The notes: generated by a model not told the origin, from the sequence alone. A stretch of 64,000 nt of DNA from IMGVR_UViG_3300021964_000012:186001-250000, one strand, 5' to 3'; counted from the first letter of the stretch, positions 1 through 8,594 are shown. Translations and numbers: made by a program.

Positions 1-905
1 CCGTGTATAACAATTGGTTTTCCATCTGCATGCTCTATTAAAAAATCTGCTAGGTTCTTTGCTTGTACTTCTCTGGCACCCATTATAGTATCAAACATGT
101 CGTAACCAATGTTGTATTCCTGTGCTAGCCAACGCAGAGCAATATTATCTCTTGGATGGCATGCTCCTGCATCTCCCATGCCGGCAGTCATATACTTTGG
201 CCCCATAATACGCATTGTACTTTGTGCTAGAGCATCAGTAACAACATCAACGTTGATATTACCTATCTTAAGTGCAAAGTCCTGTATCATATTTACAAGC
301 CCTACTTTAGCACTAATAAATGTGTTGTAGAATATTTTAATTGCTTCACATTCGTCCCAAGTTCCTGTAACATATCTTGGATCATTTTTCATCAATGGTT
401 TATATAGATTGATAAGATCTTCCATCTCACTTGGATTGCCTGTTTCTGTTCCTATCATTACCATTTCAGGATTTGCAAAATCCCATTTTACACTACCCAT
501 TGCAATTAAATATGGATTGTACAAAAATTGATGCTTGTTATCCAACAGGGTATAGAAGTGTCTACGTGTTGTACCAGGTAAGACTGTTGATATCAATACT
601 ATACGTTTTGGTTTGGTTGCATTTTCATTCACCATTTGAATTGCATCTTTAACTGCATCATGACCAAAGTCTCGTGGTTCCATATGTGAACTTGGCACAC
701 TGCCATCATAGCCTTCTGCATGGGGCGTTTGTACTGCAATAAATATCCAGTCACTGTTGTCTATCATTTCTTTTGGTGTGTTGCAAACTTTTACACTGTC
801 GCTGGTACGTGGGTAAATATCATAACCATGCACACTATATTTTTCAGCCATAACTTCAGCACAATCAAGACCAAGTTTTCCCAAGCCTATAAATCCAATT
901 TTCAT
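1..905 (-). CDS. ugd: UDP-glucose/GDP-mannose 6-dehydrogenase (3' end runs off the window; missing from the ORF track)
   Basis: My translation from the ATG at 905 gives MKIGFIGLGKLGLDCAEVMAEK (Rossmann GxGxxG). Further on are E-A-I-K-IFYNTFISAK and GMGDAGACHPRD, matching the catalytic Lys and Cys motifs of the family. Confidence 0.9.
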   Translation of the reverse strand, partial: MKIGFIGLGKLGLDCAEVMAEKYSVHGYDIYPRTSDSVKVCNTPKEMIDNSDWIFIAVQTPHAEGYDGSVPSSHMEPRDFGHDAVKDAIQMVNENATKPKRIVLISTVLPGTTRRHFYTLLDNKHQFLYNPYLIAMGSVKWDFANPEMVMIGTETGNPSEMEDLINLYKPLMKNDPRYVTGTWDECEAIKIFYNTFISAKVGLVNMIQDFALKIGNINVDVVTDALAQSTMRIMGPKYMTAGMGDAGACHPRDNIALRWLAQEYNIGYDMFDTIMGAREVQAKNLADFLIEHADGKPIVIH

Positions 906-926
906 TTTTTAATGGAACCTTTCTAA

Positions 927-2126
927 ATGTCTATTCCTACTAATAATTTATACAATTTTGTAGCCCAGGCCTTAGAAAACAGGTATCTGATAAAATACTT
1001 TTATCCCTGGGGACAAAAAGGATTTGCAAATATTACCTGTAATGATGAGGACAAACATCCTAATTACTTCAGTGACCTCTTATTGGATAAGCCTACTGTG
1101 ATGTGTCACGACCAGGAACCATTGGATTTTGACTTATACAACGATAATGCCCTTAGTGAACAAATACACAACATGAATCCACATATTTTACGAGAATACG
1201 AAGGTCACAAAACTGATAAAAGCAGACGTAACTCTTGGCACGATTTAAATCTTAGATGGCATCTACCTAACGATAGCAGTAACTTTTGGGTTCTATTACA
1301 TAGTGAACTGAATTCTCCTGAAATTGCAAAGTATGAAAACACAGGTTTGTTTAAATGTGCGTATTGGTGGGCACATGCACCTATTGCAATTGATTGGTTT
1401 AGATTTGCTCGTTATGATAACAGACTAAAACGACAAAGTCAAGACATAAAGGCAAACTTTTTACTCTATGCTCGAGAAACTACAGGAAAACGTGCATATA
1501 GGAAAAATTTTTTAACACAATTAAAAAATACAGATAGTGTGCAACTAGGTAGTTTTAACAAATATCCTATATCTAGCAATAGCAGTGCAATATACGACCC
1601 AGACGACTTTGCATACACAAACTGTAGTATTGTATTAGAAACTGTAAATGATAGAATACATCTTACAGAGAAAACACTTCGTCCACTTGCATGTGGACAT
1701 CCTTTCTTGTTGGTAAACGGTCACGGCGCCTTAGAAAAAATAAGGTCGTATGGATTCAAGACATTCCATCCATTCCTTGATGAAAATTACGATCTAGAAC
1801 CAGATCGAGACAAACGTATGGCAATGGTAATAGCAGAAATCGACAGAATAGACACCTCAAGTGAAAAGTATCAACAGTGGATATGGAACGGTTGCCAAGA
1901 AATTGCGGACTATAACAAACGTTTATTCTTTGATGATAAATTTATATGGCGTGTTAAGACTGAACTTCAGCGTACTGTTAGAGAACACGGTATGCCAACT
2001 CTTACACATAAAAGATTACGTAAAATATCTGCTATGATGTCACGAGAATATAGATTAAGTATGGATCAGACCAAAAGACGCAGACGTGCAGAACTATATC
2101 TAAAGTTAAAATCTTCTTCTGTATAG
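927..2126 (+). CDS. Hypothetical protein with a GT10/fucosyltransferase-like C-terminal motif
   Basis: SIVLET...LTEKTLRPLACGHPF...GFKTF resembles the SENx..YxTEK motif region of GT10-like proteins. It lies next to ugd and a sulfotransferase. Confidence 0.45.
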   Translation: MSIPTNNLYNFVAQALENRYLIKYFYPWGQKGFANITCNDEDKHPNYFSDLLLDKPTVMCHDQEPLDFDLYNDNALSEQIHNMNPHILREYEGHKTDKSRRNSWHDLNLRWHLPNDSSNFWVLLHSELNSPEIAKYENTGLFKCAYWWAHAPIAIDWFRFARYDNRLKRQSQDIKANFLLYARETTGKRAYRKNFLTQLKNTDSVQLGSFNKYPISSNSSAIYDPDDFAYTNCSIVLETVNDRIHLTEKTLRPLACGHPFLLVNGHGALEKIRSYGFKTFHPFLDENYDLEPDRDKRMAMVIAEIDRIDTSSEKYQQWIWNGCQEIADYNKRLFFDDKFIWRVKTELQRTVREHGMPTLTHKRLRKISAMMSREYRLSMDQTKRRRRAELYLKLKSSSV

Positions 2127-2729
2127 TTCATAATCTTCTTCAATATAATTTTCTATATAGGTTTTATTTTGTGCAAACCATTTGTTATACTCAATGGTAA
2201 ATTGTGTGGTATATCTACTGGTATTTTCCTGCATCCATTTAATGTCTATACCACTTAATGCACTTAGTATGTGTCTTAGTTGTCGCATATCGCCTGTACT
2301 GAACCAATTGTCAATGTTAATAGGTGCATTTTTAATAAAAACATGCTGAGGCACAAAATGCACCAGCAGGTCAACTTGATTAGGTGTGAATTCTTTTGGT
2401 AGTTGTTTACCAAGAAACCAATTGCCAATATCTTCAACTGTAAATTTGTACTGGTATTTTGCACTAGTTCCATAGGCAAATGCACTCTTAAGTCTTCCAT
2501 AAGGTTCACGTAGGATAGTGAATGTATAAGGAAAATCAATCTTACCATCCCGAGTTGCCATTTGTGCAGCCCATGCGGCAATGGTTTGTGTAGCACATTT
2601 TGGAATGTTCACAAACAAGAAATTGTCAACAGTTGGTTTGCTACAATGATATTTTGCTGTTGCAGTTTGAAATCTGTCAAAAAATCTAAATTGTAAGTTG
2701 TCACTTACCTTAGATAACAGATACTTCAC
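2106..2729 (-). CDS. Sulfotransferase family protein
   Basis: FVNIPKCATQTI (5'-PSB-like), FTILREPYGRLKSAF (3'-PB-like) and HFVPQ. Confidence 0.75.
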   Translation of the reverse strand: MKYLLSKVSDNLQFRFFDRFQTATAKYHCSKPTVDNFLFVNIPKCATQTIAAWAAQMATRDGKIDFPYTFTILREPYGRLKSAFAYGTSAKYQYKFTVEDIGNWFLGKQLPKEFTPNQVDLLVHFVPQHVFIKNAPINIDNWFSTGDMRQLRHILSALSGIDIKWMQENTSRYTTQFTIEYNKWFAQNKTYIENYIEEDYELYRRRF

Positions 2730-3058
2730 TATTTTTTAGCTTTGCCTACTGCTTGTGCACCAAAAAATGCTGCCACAATAGCCGCAACTGATACAAAGTA
2801 TACTGCTGCCATATCACCTAATATCTTAGCAGCTTGATCCATGCCAATTATATTTGCTATTAGTACTATTGCAGGATATAGTAACATACCAAACAGTGCA
2901 AACCATGCCATGCTACGTTGTGCATCACGCATAGCATCTGCATCTTCTAGTTCTTTGCGTTTGAACTCTAGATACATTGCCTGTTCTTCTTCAGTTACTT
3001 TTCCATCACCGTTTGTATCTGCAGGATGAAAACCTGCTTGTTTAATTTCTTCTGCCAT
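2729..3058 (-). CDS. EF-hand-loop membrane protein with 2 TM segments, possibly holin-like
   Basis: Canonical 12-residue EF loop DTNGDGKVTEEE followed by two hydrophobic helices. It has its own TAAATA promoter at 3084-3089. Confidence 0.5.
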   Translation of the reverse strand: MAEEIKQAGFHPADTNGDGKVTEEEQAMYLEFKRKELEDADAMRDAQRSMAWFALFGMLLYPAIVLIANIIGMDQAAKILGDMAAVYFVSVAAIVAAFFGAQAVGKAKK

Positions 3059-3086
3059 TCTAGCTCTCCAATGGTTAACTTTCTAT

Positions 3087-3620
3087 TTAGTTTGCTAATG
3101 GGTTGTCCAAAGCCCTTTGTATTTTACGCATAAGTCTATCTTCTAGTTCTTTAGTATCGCGATTTACTGTTTCTCTTAAACTATCTCGTTTAGTTTCAAA
3201 TCTACTTTCAGCATCGGTTATCATATTACGCACATCATCTACACTTTTACGAACCATGTCTTCAGTTCTATCTGCTTGTTGCTCAATACGCAGTATGTCA
3301 TCACGTAATCCGCCTTTAATATCACGTGTATATTCCACAGTGTCTTCCATTTTGGATTCCATGATTTGCATACGTTTGTCATATGCATTGATTTTTGCTT
3401 CATATTCTTCTTGTTGTTCAACAAACTCTATAGCTTGTTCAACCTTTTGATACATTAGAAAGCCACCATATAATGCACCAAGCACACTACCAATAACTGC
3501 AACAAGAGCAGACATTGACATAAAACTCACTTTAAAACCAAGGATACGAAACTCTTTATTTTTAAGGTTTTCTATACCCTCTTCGATATTTTCAAGTTCA
3601 TCTCCTAAATTTTTAGCCAT
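3087..3620 (-). CDS. Single-TM coiled-coil protein, last gene of the pilin-like operon
   Basis: Hydrophobic segment MSALVAVIGSVLGALYGGFLMY followed by a long charged heptad region. RBS GGAG. Confidence 0.6.
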   Translation of the reverse strand: MAKNLGDELENIEEGIENLKNKEFRILGFKVSFMSMSALVAVIGSVLGALYGGFLMYQKVEQAIEFVEQQEEYEAKINAYDKRMQIMESKMEDTVEYTRDIKGGLRDDILRIEQQADRTEDMVRKSVDDVRNMITDAESRFETKRDSLRETVNRDTKELEDRLMRKIQRALDNPLAN

Positions 3621-3632
3621 GTTCTCTCCAAA

Positions 3633-4082
3633 CTACTTTACAGTTTTTTCAATTTTAACATTATTCTTAAGTTTGTTTTTAAGTTGCAGTTCTCGTAACT
3701 TTTTTAGTTCTTGTTCCAGTTTCAAAACTTCTAGTCTTTTCTTTTTAAGCTCTAACTGGTATAGTGTATTACAGTTTATACGTTCTTTAGGACCGTCTAA
3801 TGGTACAGTTATTCTTGCATAAACACCTATATCTTTGGTACTGTTGCCTACGGTTGTATTGTCGTCAAAAGGACTTTGATAGTTATCAATGATGCCAGTC
3901 ACACCAAATTCCAAGTTGGTACTACCACCGATAGCATTTTGGCAATCTAAATCGCCTGCTTTGAATTTATCACTGGAAAAGTTGCTAGATGCGTTTGGTA
4001 ATTGAAGATTTAATGAACTACTGTTAGCGAATGCATAGTTGGATAAAATTGTTAAGATTAATAATAATAAAAAATTTTTCAT
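3633..4082 (-). CDS. Exported protein with a Cys-flanked amphipathic beta-hairpin and C-terminal coiled coil
   Basis: Sec signal ending AFA; C...TNLEFGVTGII...DIGVYARITVPL...C; then a Leu/Lys/Glu heptad tail. Confidence 0.55.
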   Translation of the reverse strand: MKNFLLLLILTILSNYAFANSSSLNLQLPNASSNFSSDKFKAGDLDCQNAIGGSTNLEFGVTGIIDNYQSPFDDNTTVGNSTKDIGVYARITVPLDGPKERINCNTLYQLELKKKRLEVLKLEQELKKLRELQLKNKLKNNVKIEKTVK

Positions 4083-4084
4083 GC

Positions 4085-4468
4085 CTATTCATGCTTGAAT
4101 CTAGAACATATTTTTGAAGAAATGGTTGAAGATCTTAAATCTTCAGTTCTTATCTTCGACCTACTACATATATATTCAGCCTTGTATTTGTCAATTTCTC
4201 TTATATAAACATCTACTTCAGTACGTTCTAAATATTTTATGTTCAATATTGTATATTGAGACACAAATGGTATAGGTCTCCAGTCCTTGTCAAACACTCC
4301 TATCTCATAATAGTCCACATCATTCCTTTTGTTGAAAATTTCCATACGAGTAACCAAGAGGTCATCCATATAAGCATATTTCCACTTAGGATAGGTTGGT
4401 GTCATCTCATGACCAAAACTGCCATGTGAAAACAATATCAACCATAATATTATGAAATATTTATACAT
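4085..4468 (-). CDS. Exported single-Ig-domain PapD-N-like pilus chaperone homologue
   Basis: Signal peptide, then MTPTYP..., MEIFN, YEIGVFDKDW, PF..TILNIKYLERTEVDVYI. This follows the PapD N-domain pattern (PtR, l.l.N, F..P.l..l...q.v.i). There is no second domain. Confidence 0.5.
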   Translation of the reverse strand: MYKYFIILWLILFSHGSFGHEMTPTYPKWKYAYMDDLLVTRMEIFNKRNDVDYYEIGVFDKDWRPIPFVSQYTILNIKYLERTEVDVYIREIDKYKAEYICSRSKIRTEDLRSSTISSKICSRFKHE

Positions 4469-4972
4469 CTATTGGGCTACACAAACTGCCTCAACATTTG
4501 CAGTATAGTTTCCACCTGGAAATGCTTTGTTACCGCCATATGTTGCAATCGAAGTTGATTTGAACCAAGTTGATCCAGTTGCAGTTAAATCATACTGTGT
4601 TGTCTGTCCAAATGTGGTTTTGTTTGTGTCATAGCTTGCCATACCAGTTGCATCACTTACTGAACTTACACTTGTTGATCCTGTCCATGTTACAGTGTCA
4701 CCAAGTGAAGGACTTGTACTAAATGATGTTGGTGTTGTAATCTGTGCATAATATGCATCAGCAAGTGTTACATCATATCTAACTATAGGTTCTACACCAC
4801 CATCTGATGCTGACGTTGTAAGTGTGTAAGCATTAGGGTTACCATATGTTCCTGGTGTGTCTGTTGTTATAACACACCGTGACTGTACAGTTCCACTGAT
4901 TGGTACATCAACTGCTTGTGCCGAAAATGCAAATAAACTCATAGCAATAAAAATTGTTGCTTTTTTGAGCAT
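4469..4972 (-). CDS. Fimbrial/Csu (spore-coat-U-like) pilin-like exported protein
   Basis: Signal ending AQA; N-terminal V.ISGTVQSRC strand; Thr/Ser/Gly-rich beta body; C-terminal PGGNYTANVEAVC (G.Y.a.v pilin-type last strand). Confidence 0.6.
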   Translation of the reverse strand: MLKKATIFIAMSLFAFSAQAVDVPISGTVQSRCVITTDTPGTYGNPNAYTLTTSASDGGVEPIVRYDVTLADAYYAQITTPTSFSTSPSLGDTVTWTGSTSVSSVSDATGMASYDTNKTTFGQTTQYDLTATGSTWFKSTSIATYGGNKAFPGGNYTANVEAVCVAQ

Positions 4973-4983
4973 GTTTCTTTCTC

Positions 4984-5874
4984 CTATTTGTACTGCTGAG
5001 AAACCATTTTCTCATGCAATATTTGTTGAGCTAGGCCATTCCTAAGACCTGCTTTGTTCTCTGGTAGTTTAGCATCTACCAATCTAGTTGTTTCTTTGTA
5101 CTGTCCGCCTGGAATAGTTGCAGTAAGATATTGATTACTAACTGCTACATCCATTGCTCTATTCATCTGTTCTATTCTTTGATTTTCAGCAAATAGAGCT
5201 GCGGCATCTGTAGCACTCATTAGTTTTTGCAATCTATACTTTCGTTTTGCTTCTTCTGCGGCTTCTTTCTCTTCTTCTTCTTTTTCGCTTAATCTTTCTT
5301 CGTTTTCTTCTATAGATACTTTTTCTTCACTGCTTAAATTTACGTATTCATCTTGTGTTGCATCATACAATTCTACTTTTACTTCTGGAATAACTGGAAC
5401 TGGCGTTTTGTATCCAGGACAGTTAGGACTAAACTGAGGATCATAACAAGGATCAACTTTGTAACTGTAGATCACAGTTGGTTCTTCAATAGTACCTGTA
5501 CCCTCTACTTCTATTGATCCATCGCCCCATGCTTCTCTTGGAATATCTCCTATTCCAATAACCTTACGTACTTCTATTCCTCCTGGTGCGCCTGACCAGT
5601 CTTCTGTATCTCTAAAAACGTATCCAGTTCCATTTGCATTTTTGTTCTGTACGTGAACTTTCATGTCGTCTTCTGTTTTCTTGTTAGGTGTGTATTTGTA
5701 AAACACACCATTGATGTCTAAACCTGGAGGAGCAGGCAATATGTTAGGCATACTCCAACTCAAACCGTTTTGTGCCGCGTTTGGAGTTGTACCATAATAT
5801 GGTGCAATGTTATCAGAGTAACAATAGTAGGGATAAAATCCCACCAATACTCCAAGTAGCAGCTTTTTTAACAT
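4984..5874 (-). CDS. Exported multidomain protein (beta domain, DPCxDPxxxPxCPGY motif, acidic linker, helical tail)
   Basis: Signal-like N-terminus; Cys pair in DPCYDPQFSPNCPGY; Glu-rich coiled coil. Overlaps the upstream gene by about 62 nt. Confidence 0.55.
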   Translation of the reverse strand: MLKKLLLGVLVGFYPYYCYSDNIAPYYGTTPNAAQNGLSWSMPNILPAPPGLDINGVFYKYTPNKKTEDDMKVHVQNKNANGTGYVFRDTEDWSGAPGGIEVRKVIGIGDIPREAWGDGSIEVEGTGTIEEPTVIYSYKVDPCYDPQFSPNCPGYKTPVPVIPEVKVELYDATQDEYVNLSSEEKVSIEENEERLSEKEEEEKEAAEEAKRKYRLQKLMSATDAAALFAENQRIEQMNRAMDVAVSNQYLTATIPGGQYKETTRLVDAKLPENKAGLRNGLAQQILHEKMVSQQYK

Positions 5875-6364
5875 CTACTTGTTCTTCCTTACCGTTCTTT
5901 TCGTGTTTCTGTTTATCTTCATGTGATTCCCAACCAATCTTGGCTGCTTCTCCAATTTTGCCTTCATATGGACAAGGAGTACCTGCCATCATCATTGCAT
6001 CAAACACTTTTGCATCTTGACACATAACGGAAACTGCGGCAACTTTCATGCCCATGTCATACAATGTCTTTGCATTTTTTAATCTTATACAGTTGTCTTC
6101 TGTAAATGTGGTACCTGCACTTATACCTAATATCTGTGTTTGTACTGCACCAGCAACACCTATTGTACATAAATCGCTATTGTTGCCTGTGTTAAACTGC
6201 GGCGATATAGCACTTGGTGGTGGCGATTTTACAGTTGTTTCCATATTTCCTTCAGTAATAATTTTACTGTTCGTTGTGCTTTCTGTTACTATTGTTTCTG
6301 CAAGTACATTGGTCATAGTCATAAAAAACACAATTATTGTGCAAATAAATAATTTTTTAATCAT
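5813..6364 (-). CDS. Exported Cys-rich protein with beta-hairpin and C-terminal TM, first gene of the operon
   Basis: Start moved to MIKKLF (AGGA upstream). Signal ending VLA; SPPPSAISP; C-TIGVAGAVQTQILGISAGTT-...-C; MCQD; AGTPCP; hydrophobic C-terminus. Confidence 0.6.
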   Translation of the reverse strand: MIKKLFICTIIVFFMTMTNVLAETIVTESTTNSKIITEGNMETTVKSPPPSAISPQFNTGNNSDLCTIGVAGAVQTQILGISAGTTFTEDNCIRLKNAKTLYDMGMKVAAVSVMCQDAKVFDAMMMAGTPCPYEGKIGEAAKIGWESHEDKQKHEKNGKEEQVDVKKAATWSIGGILSLLLLL

Positions 6365-6391
6365 TGATTCTTTTCCTAGATAATACACGAC

Positions 6392-6437
6392 TATTTATTT
6401 GCATAAAAACATTAGTTTCTTACTGCAAATATTTATA
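6392..6437 (-). promoter_or_regulatory. Tandem T4-like late promoters (TAAATA at 6392-6397, TATAAATA at 6430-6437) for the pilin-like operon
   Basis: Motif read on the minus strand just upstream of the 6364 start. The same motif precedes many late genes in the window. Confidence 0.65.
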
Positions 6438-6463
6438 GATCTCATGATTTGTTTTTCGTACGA

Positions 6464-6522
6464 ACAAAATTTTGACGGTCACAATAATTTGTACCAAAAT
6501 TAGGTACAAAATTTTGACGGTC
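6464..6522. repeat. Two perfect 17-bp direct repeats ACAAAATTTTGACGGTC (6464-6480, 6506-6522) flanking an 8-bp inverted repeat
   Basis: Read directly. Period is 42 bp; each copy contains the palindrome CAAAATTTTG; TTTGTACC (6488-6495) and GGTACAAA (6503-6510) are inverted. Confidence 0.9.
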
Positions 6523-6525
6523 TGT

Positions 6526-6747
6526 CTAATAGATTTTGGTTTTTTTTGGGTCAACTCGACGTGGTTCGCATACTGCGATATAATTTTGAGTTTTTACTTC
6601 ACCTTCGCCTGCACGTGAATTTGGCACACTGGGTTGGTTGTTGAGTCTTTCTGCAAAATACTTACAACTATCAATGCTGTGAAAGTACATATTTTGATTT
6701 ACTATATTTTTTCCAAGGTAGACTATTAGTAAAAACACATGAGTCAT
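6526..6747 (-). CDS. Small hydrophobic-N-terminus, 2-Cys hypothetical protein
   Basis: Hydrophobic start, F.SIDSC and AVC. Same layout as 7281-7481. Confidence 0.5.
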   Translation of the reverse strand: MTHVFLLIVYLGKNIVNQNMYFHSIDSCKYFAERLNNQPSVPNSRAGEGEVKTQNYIAVCEPRRVDPKKTKIY

Positions 6748-7217
6748 GAGTACATTATAGCACTAATAATACCACCAGCAATAACAATAAGTATACCGAA
6801 TCCCATTAATGCCATCTTTATATCTGACCAAAGTTCTTCATTTTCTTTTTTGGCTTTGATACGTGCTTGACGTTGTGCTTCTTTGTGTTCAGCAATACGT
6901 CTTGCACGTTCTTCGAGTATGCCTGCCCAAGTTCCTGGGCCAAATCGTAGATTGACAAGTGTGGCTATTTCTTGTAGTTTTTCAGCAGCTAGTTTTTGAT
7001 CAATTGTTTCTTGTGCAATGTGAGCAGTGTCAAATTGTTCTTTGACACCCATCTGGCGTTTGTTAACTTTTTTGTCTAACTCTTGTTTTCCACGTAATAG
7101 ATTGTCGATATGACCGCCTATCTCGCTTATGTCTTGACAGGTTTGAATATTTGATTTTATAAAGTCAACACTACTTTTTACCAGGGCAATCCCTGCTAAT
7201 ATTTCTGCAACTGGCAT
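6744..7217 (-). CDS. Helical protein with C-terminal TM anchor
   Basis: Coiled-coil body and C-terminal ALMGFGILIVIAGGIISAIMY. Has a structured leader and its own late promoter (7269-7274). Confidence 0.55.
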   Translation of the reverse strand: MPVAEILAGIALVKSSVDFIKSNIQTCQDISEIGGHIDNLLRGKQELDKKVNKRQMGVKEQFDTAHIAQETIDQKLAAEKLQEIATLVNLRFGPGTWAGILEERARRIAEHKEAQRQARIKAKKENEELWSDIKMALMGFGILIVIAGGIISAIMYS

Positions 7218-7280
7218 ATCATTCCTCTGTTCCTCCAGGTAGGAACCTATCTAGCTCCTGGACAGCTATATTTAGCGGTA

Positions 7281-7481
7281 CTAAGGAATTAAATTCTTAT
7301 CAGATAATATACACACGGCACTGGTATTTTTTGGAAACCGATTACTGACATCTTTGTATTTTTTTGTTGCAATGTTACACACTTCTTCAGTTTCAAACAC
7401 ACCAATAAACTCTACGTGTGCATCTACTGTCAGTAGGTGAACTATAACTAATATCCAAACCATAACATTATATTTACTCAA
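7281..7481 (-). CDS. Small 2-Cys hypothetical protein, probable paralogue of 6526-6747
   Basis: Hydrophobic N-terminus, FETEEVC and AVC. Confidence 0.45.
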   Translation of the reverse strand: MSKYNVMVWILVIVHLLTVDAHVEFIGVFETEEVCNIATKKYKDVSNRFPKNTSAVCILSDKNLIP

Positions 7482-7484
7482 AAA

Positions 7485-7509
7485 AATAGCACCCGAAGGT
7501 GCTACTTTT
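7485..7509 (-). terminator. Intrinsic terminator after the porin gene
   Basis: TAGCACC-CGAA-GGTGCTA hairpin followed by a U-tract on the minus strand. Confidence 0.8.
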
Positions 7510-7526
7510 ATAATGTTTATTGTGTA

Positions 7527-8513
7527 TTAGAAAGAAGCGGCAATTTTAAATTGTAAAACTGAACCATCATCATCTGTTGATGCTTCTCCACCGTTCTTGT
7601 ACTCATAGTCTGTGTAGTTTACATAACCAGTTAAACCTGGTGCAATAGCATGTTTAAGTTCAACCATGTTTTGCTTTAAGTTTTCTTTTTCAGAACCTGA
7701 TACATCTAATGCATCTTCTGATTCCATTGTTGAAACTGCAACAGTTGTAGTGTCATTAATTGCATAACTTGCACCACCGCCTACTGTTTCAATGTCCTCG
7801 TCTGCACCTTCTACAGTACTCATTGCACCAATAAGTGTTACTGCACCAAATGATACTTTAGCACCAATGCTTTGTGACTCATTGTCAATTGCACCTGATA
7901 CTTCTTGCATGCCTTTTGTGTAACCAATTTTGATGTTTTCATGAGTGTAACTTGCACCATATGCAGTTGAATCAGTTGCGCCTGTTGCGCCTGAATCCAT
8001 GTAACTTACACCAGCTTGTATTCCGCCGAAACTTGGAGAAATGTATGATACTTTGTCAAGATCTGCACCATATGTTTTTTCACCTGCATTTGATTGAATT
8101 GAAGCATTGGTGTATGTGCCAGTTACTTCTTCGTCCATGATGTCTTGCTCACCAATACCAAAGTTGTCTGTAACTGCATCGTTACCGCCTAGTATTAGTT
8201 TACCAGCAGCACCTGAAATATAAATTGATGATTCGTCAATGGTTGCATTTGTGTCTGCAACTGTTGCCATTTCAACAACCATACCATAGTTTAGGCCACT
8301 ATCAGTTTTGTTTGAGAAAGTAAATTTAATTTCATTATCTGTGTTGCCCATTGAATCACCTTTTTGTGAAGCAATTTGTGAATCAACATCTTTATAATAA
8401 AATTCGGAACTACCAGAAATAGTAAATTCTGGCTTATTAACTGTGGCTTCTTGTGCCAAAGCAGTTGTACTCAGCAGTGTAGCTATCACTGCCAACGGGG
8501 CTAGTTTTTTCAT
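7527..8513 (-). CDS. Gram-negative porin (alphaproteobacterial type)
   Basis: Signal ending ALA; alternating beta strands; N-terminal FTISGSSEFYY; GLNYG; YISPSFGGIQAGVSY; C-terminal Phe (IAASF). Confidence 0.85.
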   Translation of the reverse strand: MKKLAPLAVIATLLSTTALAQEATVNKPEFTISGSSEFYYKDVDSQIASQKGDSMGNTDNEIKFTFSNKTDSGLNYGMVVEMATVADTNATIDESSIYISGAAGKLILGGNDAVTDNFGIGEQDIMDEEVTGTYTNASIQSNAGEKTYGADLDKVSYISPSFGGIQAGVSYMDSGATGATDSTAYGASYTHENIKIGYTKGMQEVSGAIDNESQSIGAKVSFGAVTLIGAMSTVEGADEDIETVGGGASYAINDTTTVAVSTMESEDALDVSGSEKENLKQNMVELKHAIAPGLTGYVNYTDYEYKNGGEASTDDDGSVLQFKIAASF

Positions 8514-8546
8514 AGTCTTCTCTTATGTCCTTAAGGTTTAATTTTA

Positions 8547-8594
8547 AATGTAGGAAATATATAGAATATATATTTCGTTCCTACATTATATTTA
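8547..8594 (-). promoter_or_regulatory. Porin late promoter (TAAATA, 8589-8594) and long 5'-UTR hairpin
   Basis: AAUGUAGG/CCUACAUU and GAAAUAUAUA/UAUAUAUUUC can pair in the leader. Confidence 0.55.

Noticed and set aside
6464-6522. Two direct repeats with a 25-nt spacer as a mini-CRISPR array
   Set aside because: Only two copies of a 17-nt repeat, shorter than CRISPR repeats, and no cas genes. Kept as an operator/iteron-like element.
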